Origin: an uncultured bacterium
Lineage (GTDB): Bacteria > Latescibacterota > MWCZ01 > CAZVGZ01
Assembly (NCBI GenBank): GCA_964627605.1
Contig: CAZVGZ010000009.1
Location: 31,533-95,532, forward strand
Length of the DNA stretch: 64,000 nucleotides
Direction of reading: 5' to 3'
Part shown: positions 19,812-27,662 of the stretch, piece by piece
Layout: each line of letters begins with the position of its first letter
Numbering within the stretch: the stretch's first letter is position 1
Translations under genes and position numbers: made by a program
Notes under the pieces: model-generated
The model's input: the letters and a program-made list of their open reading frames with translations, nothing else
Database searches by the model: none
Told to the model about the DNA's origin: nothing

Positions 19812-19841
19812 TTGACCCTGTTCTAATGATTGTAGTATTTT
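19812..19841 (+). promoter_or_regulatory. candidate sigma-70-type promoter for the BlaI-family gene
   Basis: TTGACC (19812-19817), an 18-nt spacer, then TATTTT (19836-19841), 46 nt upstream of the ATG at 19888. The surrounding AT-rich segment contains an imperfect GTATTT...AAATAC inverted repeat. Confidence 0.3.
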
Positions 19842-19887
19842 TATGTGCTGGTTTACTGAAATACACCTCAAGTTTGGGAACTGAACG

Positions 19888-20268
19888 ATGCGTCTGACAG
19901 ACGCCGAATGGAGACTGATGCAGGTGCTCTGGACGCAGGCCCCTGCAAGCGCTCGAACCGTAATGTCCGGTCTCGACCAGGAGACCAACTGGGCATACAC
20001 GACCGTCAAAACGATGCTCTCGCGGCTGACAGACAAAGGCGCTCTGGCTGCCGAGATGAAATTCAATACCACCTTCTACGATCCTGTCATCACCAAAGAA
20101 GAGGCGCGGCGATCTGCGATCAAATCGCTGATGGAGCGGGCGTTCGATGGCGCATTTGATTCGATGTTGCAGTTCTTGGTGCACGACGAGAAGCTAACGG
20201 TGAAGGACCGCGCCGAACTTGATGGAATGTTGCAGTCCATGATAGATGAAGAAGAGAGCGCGCAATAG
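19888..20268 (+). CDS. BlaI/MecI/CopY family transcriptional repressor
   Basis: 'LTDAEWRLMQVLWTQAPASARTV...WAYTTVKTMLSRLTDKGAL' is a winged-helix penicillinase-repressor fold. 126 aa. Confidence 0.9.
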   Translation: MRLTDAEWRLMQVLWTQAPASARTVMSGLDQETNWAYTTVKTMLSRLTDKGALAAEMKFNTTFYDPVITKEEARRSAIKSLMERAFDGAFDSMLQFLVHDEKLTVKDRAELDGMLQSMIDEEESAQ

Positions 20269-20283
20269 CGTCACTGGAGTTTG

Positions 20284-20911
20284 ATGAACCAGAGAAGAAC
20301 GTTGGTGGGAGAGGGTCGGCATACCCTTGGTATCGGTGCGGTGCTGCTTTTGATAGCGGCTTGCGCGACCGAGCCGACCAACGTCGCAGCGGCGTATTGG
20401 CCAAGGCCGTCAGCCTTGAGGCGCCAGGCTTCTCGCTAGAAAAGTTGGGATCAGGGGTCTATATTCCTGACAGCCTGAGCGGAAAAATCGTGGTCATGGA
20501 CTGGTGGACGTCGTGGTGCGCGCCCTCTCGAGCGCAGATGCCTGCAATTCAGAAAACCTACAATCATTACAGATCCAGACCGGATGTGGCGTTTTTGGCC
20601 GTGAACGCAAAAGAGCCCGCTGGCACCGCAGAGAGTTTCATGCGGCGAAACGGCTACACCCTCCCTGTTGCGCTAGCTGACTCCATGGATGGACTTGGGT
20701 TCGGCGAGACCATACACTCACAGATCGGATGGTCGGAAAAATCAAACCGGTTCGGCATCCCGGTGACAGTTGTGTTGGATCAGAGTGGGCGCTTCGATTT
20801 GTCCACCAGGGGTATTCGGACGAGTTCGATATTGCCGAAGAGCTTGGTTGGGAGATCGAATGGCTTTTGGCGTTCAGACCGTCGCTCACATCCCACCAAG
20901 AACGAAATTAA
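20284..20911 (+). pseudogene. TlpA/redoxin-like thiol-disulfide lipoprotein, disrupted by two apparent 1-nt deletions
   Basis: Frame 1 from the ATG at 20284 gives a lipoprotein signal (MNQRRTLVGEGRHTLGIGAVLLLIAAC...) and stops at 20437. The thioredoxin fold (LEAPGFSLEKLGSG...KIVVMDWWTSWCAPSRAQMP...IPVTVVLDQSG) is in frame 0. The natural-looking C-terminus (RFVHQGYSDEFDIAEELGWEIEWLL...*) is in frame 2 and ends at 20911. The active site reads CAPS, not CxxC. Confidence 0.6.
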
Positions 20912-22070
20912 CGCATTCAACGAGCGCGTTTTCGCCACCGAACCCGCCTGCTTTGGTAACCAGCGTCCTCCCGTCAGCGACACCTCCCAATATCAACGAG
21001 TATGGCGTTCCCGGTGCCACCGCGCCCTGAACCAGCAGCGACTCGGCTTTAAGCGCCCTAAGAACAGCCATCGCGGTGTCGCCACCTGTGACCACAAGCG
21101 CCAAATCAGGACACTCCACTACCGCAGTCCGTGTGATCTTCGTCAGTAGACCGAGTAGTTCGATGCCGGTGTCCTGTCCAGAAATCATCGTTCCTGAAGT
21201 GACCACAACGTTTGATCCCCGGCGCGACTGTTCTATCACGTTCATCGACGAGCCCTGACCCGAGCAATCGACCACAGCGTCTGCAACGCCACCCAACACC
21301 TCCACCTGCCGCAATGTCGTCGGGTGAATCGACCCGACTACGGTGAGCAGTTGCGTGGCTGTCGGTGTGGCGGTTGCAGGCGGTCTCGGCTGCCAGCCCC
21401 AAACTGTCGGCAGAACCGAAAGCATCCCTCCTGAACCAGCCAACATGACGTCTTGAGCTGATTCTAGACTGTCAACGATCCGCACCAGATCAGCAATACT
21501 CGATGCGTCCGCCACTAGAATGGTAGGGCCGTTCTCGTTGAGAAACTGGGTCGCATCGCCAAGAAAGCGCTCTACACCCACAGACGTAGTCTGTCGGATG
21601 ATCGACACCACGTCATCGGTTGTTACCGGCGCAGCCGGGTCATCCGCCATCGGAGTGAGATGTACTGGACGCCCATCGACGCTCAATCTACCCTCTGAGA
21701 CCGTGCGTTTCATCTCCGGGTGAGCAGGTGACACTACACAGACTTTTTTCCTACACCCATCCAACGCGCCAGCCAAAAACGCCCCAACAGGTCCTCGACA
21801 GGTGGAGTCGATCTTCGAGTAGACGTGGCTGCGGCTTTGGGCGACTAGTGATCGGGCCGACTGTCTTGCGGTGACAGACGCGGTGTCAGGTGATTCGGTT
21901 CTGGCGGACGTGGCGACCAGAGGCACGGTGCCATCGTCGCTGACGTTGAGGAAGCTTGAGGACGGCAGGTACACGCGCGCTTGTGCGAACGGGACGATAG
22001 CGAGTGCCGCGTCAGCAGTGCCGGTGAGGTCGTCGGCGATGACAGCGCACTGTTGTGGTGAGGGTGTTAT
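20886..22070 (-). CDS. four-carbon acid sugar kinase family protein (DUF1537; OtnK/DtnK-like)
   Basis: C-terminal 'VVTGGDTAMAVLRAL...TKAGGFGGENAL'. The track ORF starts at a GTG at 21974. The conserved N-terminal motif 'AVIADDLTGTADAALA' is encoded in the same open frame upstream, at about 22017-22046. There is no ATG/GTG/TTG in that frame upstream of the motif (the candidate codons are given in the finding for 21975-22081), so the 5' end is uncertain. Confidence 0.75.
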   Translation of the reverse strand: MTPSPQQCAVIADDLTGTADAALAIVPFAQARVYLPSSSFLNVSDDGTVPLVATSARTESPDTASVTARQSARSLVAQSRSHVYSKIDSTCRGPVGAFLAGALDGCRKKVCVVSPAHPEMKRTVSEGRLSVDGRPVHLTPMADDPAAPVTTDDVVSIIRQTTSVGVERFLGDATQFLNENGPTILVADASSIADLVRIVDSLESAQDVMLAGSGGMLSVLPTVWGWQPRPPATATPTATQLLTVVGSIHPTTLRQVEVLGGVADAVVDCSGQGSSMNVIEQSRRGSNVVVTSGTMISGQDTGIELLGLLTKITRTAVVECPDLALVVTGGDTAMAVLRALKAESLLVQGAVAPGTPYSLILGGVADGRTLVTKAGGFGGENALVECVNFVLGGM

Positions 22071-22078
22071 GGCGTGTC

Positions 22079-22996
22079 CTAAGACGGCCCGCAGATGGCT
22101 TCGGCGAGCCTCACGGTCTTCACCGCATCTTGAAGCGTGGTTAGAGGCTTGGTTCCCTCTTCAATGCACTCGGCAAAAAACTCCACCTCGTTCTTGGCGT
22201 CCACATGAGGCAGGGACGCCGCTTTGCCCTCAATCCACGCTTGGACCGGGGTATCGCCGGTCATGTCCATGTAGACCGACAGACCGTCGCCATGCACCTC
22301 CATGCGCTGAACCCGAGCGCCTACGCCATACAGCGACGAAAACGTCCCGGTTGCGCCGTTCTCAAACTGCAAAAGAGATTCGTGATGGCTTGACGATTCT
22401 ATGCCTTCAATACGTCGCCTTATCAGCGGAATCACATCAGTGACATCACCGCCGAAACAGCGCGTCAGATCAACATGGTGTATCGCGTCATAGACCACCA
22501 AACTGTGGGCGGTCTGCCCTATGAGCGATGGCATGTGCTTGTGATAGACCCCCCTGATGGAGGTAGGCGGGCCATGATCCTCCAGCAGTTTTACCACCGA
22601 CCTAACGACCGGTTCGTAGCGGCGGTTGAGGGAGACTATCGCAGTGCCTTTGGAACTCTCTTCGGCGTCGGCCATCGTCTTGGTCTCAGCGGAATTCAGC
22701 CCAGGCGGTTTTTCTACAGAGACATGGAGGTCGCGGGAGAGGACCTCCAAAACAATGGGTGTCAGATCGTTGGGGCGGGTGACCACATGGACTATGTCCA
22801 GCGCGGCATCATCGAGCATGTCGCGGTAGTTTTCATAGCCAGGGACATCGAACTCACCGCTGACCTCATCCAACCGCTCAGCCACGACCTCGGACACCGC
22901 AGTCAGGACCGTCTTATCGCACGCGGTCACCATCTCCAGGTGTGAGCGGACATGGCGACCGCCAGCCCCAACTATCCCCACTCTAATCGGCTCCAT
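22079..22996 (-). CDS. Gfo/Idh/MocA family oxidoreductase
   Basis: N-terminal Rossmann 'IRVGIVGAGGRHVRSHL'. 305 aa. Confidence 0.8.
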   Translation of the reverse strand: MEPIRVGIVGAGGRHVRSHLEMVTACDKTVLTAVSEVVAERLDEVSGEFDVPGYENYRDMLDDAALDIVHVVTRPNDLTPIVLEVLSRDLHVSVEKPPGLNSAETKTMADAEESSKGTAIVSLNRRYEPVVRSVVKLLEDHGPPTSIRGVYHKHMPSLIGQTAHSLVVYDAIHHVDLTRCFGGDVTDVIPLIRRRIEGIESSSHHESLLQFENGATGTFSSLYGVGARVQRMEVHGDGLSVYMDMTGDTPVQAWIEGKAASLPHVDAKNEVEFFAECIEEGTKPLTTLQDAVKTVRLAEAICGPS

Positions 22997-23068
22997 ACGA
23001 ACCGTCTCCCAGATTTGGCGTTGCTACAACCGACACTCAGAGGGCCCAAAACAGATCGGCCGCAGCGA

Positions 23069-24130
23069 CTAGACGACTCCCAATTCCTCTTCGGCTTGGC
23101 CTACCATATCTGGTAGCGAGTCGAGATGGCCCTGTTGCTCTGTGTTTAGAGGCGTCGCAGGCTTCCTTAGATACTCTTTGACTGGAAGGCTGAGGCGACC
23201 TAGATAAAGCTTGGCAACTTCGGGATGTGGCTTCATTATCTGCAACAGCTTGATTATCCACTCCTGAGCGAGCTCACCTCGTTTGGTGTCGCCATCCTGG
23301 TAGGCGTCGTAGCACGCGACAAAGACGCTCGGGAAAACGTTGCATCCAATCGAACACGCCCCGGTGCAACCAAGCGCCAACGACTCCCAAAAAATATGCT
23401 CACCAGCCTGAAGCACGTTGAACTGACCGTCGGCTGCTGCGATTTTGCCTTTTACAATGTCAAGATCCAGTGTGGTGTCTTTGCTTCCCACATACTTGTC
23501 GAGCTTGGCAAGTCTGCCGAACAGCGACGGCCCGATCTTGGGACGCCCAGGCAGTTCGTATACCCATAGCGGGATGTCAACCGCGTCATTGATCGCTTTA
23601 TAATATTCGAAATAGGCGTCGTCGTCGGCACCTTCCAAATGGTCAGGCGACAGCACGACAACGGAGTCTATACCGGTTTTGGACATTATTTTGGCACCCT
23701 CAATGCAGGCTTCCGGGTCTTCTTTGGCGAGTGTGCCGGTGGCGATGACTGGAACGCGGCCTGCTGCGGCGGCATGGTAGGCTTCGGCTACCTGGCACGC
23801 TTCGTCCATGGAAAGCGAAAACATCTCCCCGGTGCCGCATACAGGGAACAGCACATGCGCCCCCTTGCCGATCATCCAATCGGTGAAAGCGGCGATACCG
23901 TCGAAATCGATAGAACGGTCTTCGTTGAAAGGTGTGAGCATGGGCGGCACAATTCCGTGTGCCATGTCAACCGGCTTCATGGAGCCTCCAAACTGTGGGA
24001 ACAAAGAGGTACGAATCGCGGGGAAAGCGGTACCTACAGCCGCCCCGGCTGTTAGCGTCTTCAGGAAAGAACGACGGCTGAGGCCTTCGGCCTTCGGCGT
24101 CACGTCTCGATCGGGGTCTACCATATCCAA
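23069..24130 (-). CDS. DapA/N-acetylneuraminate-lyase family class I aldolase with twin-arginine signal peptide
   Basis: Tat motif 'SRRSFLKTLTAGAAVGTAF' at the N-terminus, then 'GIVPPMLTPFNEDRSIDFDG', 'CGTGEMFSLS' and 'YVGSKDTT' (Schiff-base Lys context). Confidence 0.75.
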   Translation of the reverse strand: MDMVDPDRDVTPKAEGLSRRSFLKTLTAGAAVGTAFPAIRTSLFPQFGGSMKPVDMAHGIVPPMLTPFNEDRSIDFDGIAAFTDWMIGKGAHVLFPVCGTGEMFSLSMDEACQVAEAYHAAAAGRVPVIATGTLAKEDPEACIEGAKIMSKTGIDSVVVLSPDHLEGADDDAYFEYYKAINDAVDIPLWVYELPGRPKIGPSLFGRLAKLDKYVGSKDTTLDLDIVKGKIAAADGQFNVLQAGEHIFWESLALGCTGACSIGCNVFPSVFVACYDAYQDGDTKRGELAQEWIIKLLQIMKPHPEVAKLYLGRLSLPVKEYLRKPATPLNTEQQGHLDSLPDMVGQAEEELGVV

Positions 24131-24347
24131 GTCTTCTACGCTATTAGGAGTGTGCTGTTGTCAAATTCTAACAGATCGGCTCCGACAAGTCCACGGGATG
24201 CCACAGGCTGTGGGCCAGTTTGACGAGTCATGCAGCAGACCCAAAGCCTGTAGCAACAAAGCAGTGTTGGTAGCCCTGCGGCTGTGTTCGACGGTAGGTA
24301 GGCAGGATTACGGTCGATGATGATTACCCTATCGGCACCCATGCGCG

Positions 24348-25155
24348 TCACGGCCTGCCCCCATCCAGGTCGCACTTGGCTCTATTGAGTATCGCGTCTA
24401 TCTCGATCTGAATGTCTGAATCAAGCGCGAAGTCGTGGTTGGAAACTATCCGCCGTACCTGATCGCTGGCCGCTTGGGAGATGTCACCGCCGTCTGCTGA
24501 CCGCCATGTGGAGAGCATTTCGCGCGTAAACAGTTGGGAGTGCCAGTAGGTTTGGCGGAAAGAGTTCAGTGTCGAATCCAGCCCGATAAACCCTTGTTCA
24601 ATTCCAGAGGCCGTCTCAGCGAGACAGCGTGCGAGGTGCAACGGCGGTGCAAAATCAGTGTCGCCCAACCCCTGTGGGCGTCCAATGAGCAGTTGACGGA
24701 TGTCGGGTTCGGTCTGCGCACCCTTGTCCCCCAAGCCGCTGTTATCCACTGGCACATCGCGCCACGCCAGCAAGGGGAGACCGGATTGTTGCAAGACCGC
24801 CTACACAGCAACGACGATGGAGTCGGCAGACTCTTTGTCGCCAGTGGGCAGAAACAACACACCAACCGCCAGGTTGCCCTGCCCCGGAGGTCTGACGCCC
24901 TTAGAGATCAGGTGCCGCTCCAGTATCGCGTAGGGTGTTTGAGTCAACACCTCAGCGCCATCACCAATTTTGGCGTCTTTGTCCACAGCGCCGCGATGGG
25001 TCAGGTTGCTATAAAGCTTCTGTGGCTTTAAGAAGTATTTCGTGACTTCTGTTAACACCGATGTCAGCGACAAAACCAACACCGCAGCCGTCGTGTTCGT
25101 AGTGCGGACAGTAGAGCGTCCGAGACGCATCTATATTGAGTCCGAAATGGCTCAT
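24348..25155 (-). pseudogene. glutamate synthase large-subunit (gltB) 5' remnant fused to an MttB-superfamily C-terminal tail
   Basis: GAGGAG RBS plus ATG at 25155 gives MSHFGLNIDASRTLYCPHYEHDGCGVGFVADIGVNRSHEILLKATEAL*, which includes the Ntn Cys block CGVGFVA. The sequence continues in another frame (NLTHRGAVDKDAKIGDGAEVLTQ...VGVLFLP). There is an in-frame TAG at 24801-24803, then LPLLAWRDVPVD.... From about 24605 the ORF reads GFIGLDSTLNSFRQTYWHS...W...GGD...A, which is an MttB-like C-terminus. Only about 165 of roughly 1500 GltB residues remain. Confidence 0.65.
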
Positions 25156-25203
25156 TAATATTGTCTCCTCATCCCATCTATATCAAGTTATTTCAAGTCG
25201 CGA

Positions 25204-25237
25204 CAAAAAATCGCTTGAAGCGGTTTGGCCCCAAGCG
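25204..25237 (-). terminator. possible terminator after nadA
   Basis: On the minus strand, CGCTTG (14-nt loop) CAAGCG is followed by ATTTTTTG, about 50 nt after the nadA stop. The stem is short. Confidence 0.35.
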
Positions 25238-25288
25238 GTCTCGTAGCGACCGATCTAATCGGTCTGGCTTTCCTGTTAGTGTCTATCG

Positions 25289-26395
25289 TCAGGCAGAGAC
25301 TCCAAGCATCCTGCCCAAGGCCAACCGGGCGTGGGTCTTAATATCTTCGGGCATCGCTACCACATTGACCTCACCCAACTCCTCAAGCGTCCACAGAAGG
25401 TCGTTGAGGCTGACTTTGTACATGTTCGGGCATAGTGAACGCGTCAATGGAACGATCCGTTTGTCCCTGTATTCATCGGCCAGTCGGTCGATCAGGTTTA
25501 TCTCTGTTCCAATAGCGATCGACGCTCCCTTGGGCGCATCATCGACATACTTGCAGATGAAACCTGTGGACCCACAGCCGTCGGCACTATCCACCACATC
25601 CGCCGTGCATTCGGGATGCACTATGATCTTCACCGCCGGGTCGTCCAGTCGCGCCTGTTCTAGGTGCGCGACTTTGAACCGGGTATGGACGTGGCAGTAA
25701 CCTTTCCAAAGGATGAGTCTGGCATCTCCAAGCTCCTTGAGTACCACTCCACCCATCTCGTAGCGCGGGTCCCACAGCGCAGTCTCGTCGCTGGTTAGAC
25801 CCCATTTGCGCCCAGTGTTCCACCCCAAATGCTCGTCAGGAAAGAAGAGCACCGCATCGCCACGCTCATAGGCCCAGTCGAACACCGCTCCTGCGTTGGA
25901 GGAGGTGCAGACTATCCCATCATTGCGACCGCAAAACGCCTTCAGCTCAGCGTCTGAGTTCATGTAGGTAACTGGAATCACCGTGCGGCCCGGCGCTGAG
26001 GCCATCAGATCGTCCCACGCCCACTCCACCTGGTCGATGTCGGCCATATCTGCCATTGGGCAGCCTGCCGATAGGTCGGGGTGAAGGACCACCTGGTCGT
26101 CGCGGCAGAGGATTTTGGCGCTTTCAGCCATGAAATGAACGCCACAGAACACGATATATCTTGCGGCTTGCTCTCTGGCGGCGGCCTCCGAAAGACCGAA
26201 AGAGTCGCCGATGTGGTCGGAGAGTCTGACGATCCGCTTGTCCTGATAGTGATGACCCAGGATGGTCAGCTCGGGGCCACGGACCCTTTTGACGTGTTCT
26301 ATGCGCTCAATGACTTCGGCGTCATCAAACGATCTATATTCGTCCGGGAGAACGGCGTTGGCCTGGGTAAGTGACGGTATCACCGCTGTAGTCAT
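25289..26395 (-). CDS. nadA: quinolinate synthase
   Basis: 'ILGHHYQ', 'IVFCGVHFMAESAKIL', 'LSAGCPMADM', 'IVHPEC'. 368 aa. Confidence 0.9.
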   Translation of the reverse strand: MTTAVIPSLTQANAVLPDEYRSFDDAEVIERIEHVKRVRGPELTILGHHYQDKRIVRLSDHIGDSFGLSEAAAREQAARYIVFCGVHFMAESAKILCRDDQVVLHPDLSAGCPMADMADIDQVEWAWDDLMASAPGRTVIPVTYMNSDAELKAFCGRNDGIVCTSSNAGAVFDWAYERGDAVLFFPDEHLGWNTGRKWGLTSDETALWDPRYEMGGVVLKELGDARLILWKGYCHVHTRFKVAHLEQARLDDPAVKIIVHPECTADVVDSADGCGSTGFICKYVDDAPKGASIAIGTEINLIDRLADEYRDKRIVPLTRSLCPNMYKVSLNDLLWTLEELGEVNVVAMPEDIKTHARLALGRMLGVSA

Positions 26396-26580
26396 ATCTA
26401 CCTTCTCGCCGAGCGTCGTTCGCGTAGAGAGCTACCGGGAAAACCGTACGATAGATCAGCCTTACGACCTGTGGAGGGTAACGGGGTAGAAAATACGGTT
26501 TTTCTTATAGTGTTACAAGAGCACGAACTAGGGGCGATGCTAAAACAGAGAAATCACCAGGATGTGCGTTGACCAAGCGG

Positions 26581-27147
26581 TCAGCGGCTAAACCGGTCGT
26601 CGTCGAAGGGAAAAGCGGTGTTGCTGTAACCCCGCGTCTCCCAGAAACCGAACTGATCTCGGGCGACAAACTCAATGGTTCGCACCCATTTGCACGACTT
26701 CCACCCATACCGTTTGGGAACCACCATTCTAAGAGGCGCACCATGTTCTGGTGAAAGCGGCTCTCCATCGTGGCTGTGGGCGAGGATCGCGTCGTCGTCG
26801 AGACAGGCGTCTATGGGCAGACTGGTGGTGTACATCCCAAGATCGCCAAACACCACAAAACCGGCATCGGATGCGGGCTCGACCAACTTAGAGATCTCGC
26901 CAAAAAGAACACCGGTCCAGACGTTGTCAAGCCTAGACCAGTGTGTTACGCAGTGAAAATCGCTCTGGGAATCTGATTGGTCCAGATTAAGAAACTCATC
27001 CCATGTCCAGGTCACAGAAGACTCCACCAAGCCGAAAACGCGCAAGTCCCACTCTGCGGGATCGAAACGTGGTATCTCCCCTACATGGAGGACAGGAAAC
27101 TTTTCTGTCAGCGTCTGACCAGGTGGAGTGCGGCTTCGATCAGACAT
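26581..27147 (-). CDS. molybdopterin-dependent oxidoreductase, sulfite-oxidase fold (single-domain)
   Basis: 'DFHCVTHWSRLDNVWTGV', 'HGAPLRMVVPKRYGWKSCKWVRTIEF'. Confidence 0.8.
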   Translation of the reverse strand: MSDRSRTPPGQTLTEKFPVLHVGEIPRFDPAEWDLRVFGLVESSVTWTWDEFLNLDQSDSQSDFHCVTHWSRLDNVWTGVLFGEISKLVEPASDAGFVVFGDLGMYTTSLPIDACLDDDAILAHSHDGEPLSPEHGAPLRMVVPKRYGWKSCKWVRTIEFVARDQFGFWETRGYSNTAFPFDDDRFSR

Positions 27148-27152
27148 AGGCT

Positions 27153-27581
27153 CTACTCGTCGTCGTCAGAGAGCAGTAGTCCGTCCTCCAGGACGGCGAA
27201 CGAGGGGCCGTCACCCTGTTTGAGGCTGAGGAGGCCCTGCTCCTGTTTACCCTTGCATGCGACACACAGCGGTGCCTCAGGTAGCGCTTCCATCCGCTTG
27301 TCACCTATTGGATCTTCGCAACCCTCGCAAGTGCCGTAGGTCCCGTCTTTTAGTTTTTCTATGGCATGGGCGATGTCTGTGAGCTCATTCTTCTGGGTAT
27401 CATTGAGGGCCATGAGAACATTTAGCTCCACAGCCACCGACGCGTCATCATTGATGTCTGGCTGCGCAGCTTCACCTCGCAGACCAGCCATCTCCTGACG
27501 ACCCTCGTCGATGTTCCCAAGAATCTTATCTCTTTTAGCCACCAGTAGTTGTTCGAAATGCGCAAGCTGTTTTTTGGTCAT
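27153..27581 (-). CDS. DksA/TraR family C4 zinc-finger protein
   Basis: 'DGTYGTCEGCEDPIGDKRMEALPEAPLCVACK', preceded by a coiled-coil region. Acidic C-terminal tail. Confidence 0.8.
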   Translation of the reverse strand: MTKKQLAHFEQLLVAKRDKILGNIDEGRQEMAGLRGEAAQPDINDDASVAVELNVLMALNDTQKNELTDIAHAIEKLKDGTYGTCEGCEDPIGDKRMEALPEAPLCVACKGKQEQGLLSLKQGDGPSFAVLEDGLLLSDDDE

Positions 27582-27662
27582 TCACACCCTCATTCATTCG
27601 GGTCCCTATGGACCCACTGTAAACCTGTTGGCAGCACACCGACTTAGTACCACGGCGCTCAA

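Noticed and set aside
19639-20184. 181-aa minus-strand ORF spanning the intergenic region and the BlaI gene
   Set aside because: It overlaps the well-supported BlaI-family CDS on the opposite strand and has no recognisable motifs.
20361-21149. 262-aa plus-strand track ORF taken at face value as one protein
   Set aside because: Only its first roughly 145 residues look like a thioredoxin fold. The rest is read-through antisense to the DUF1537 kinase gene. It is better explained as a frameshifted TlpA-like gene ending at 20911 in another frame.
27597-27616. Small hairpin GGGTCC-ctat-GGACCC between leuS and the DksA-like gene, as a terminator
   Set aside because: Only a 6-bp stem, no U-tract on the minus strand, and it lies just 16-35 nt upstream of the next start codon. 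It is more likely incidental or part of the RBS region.
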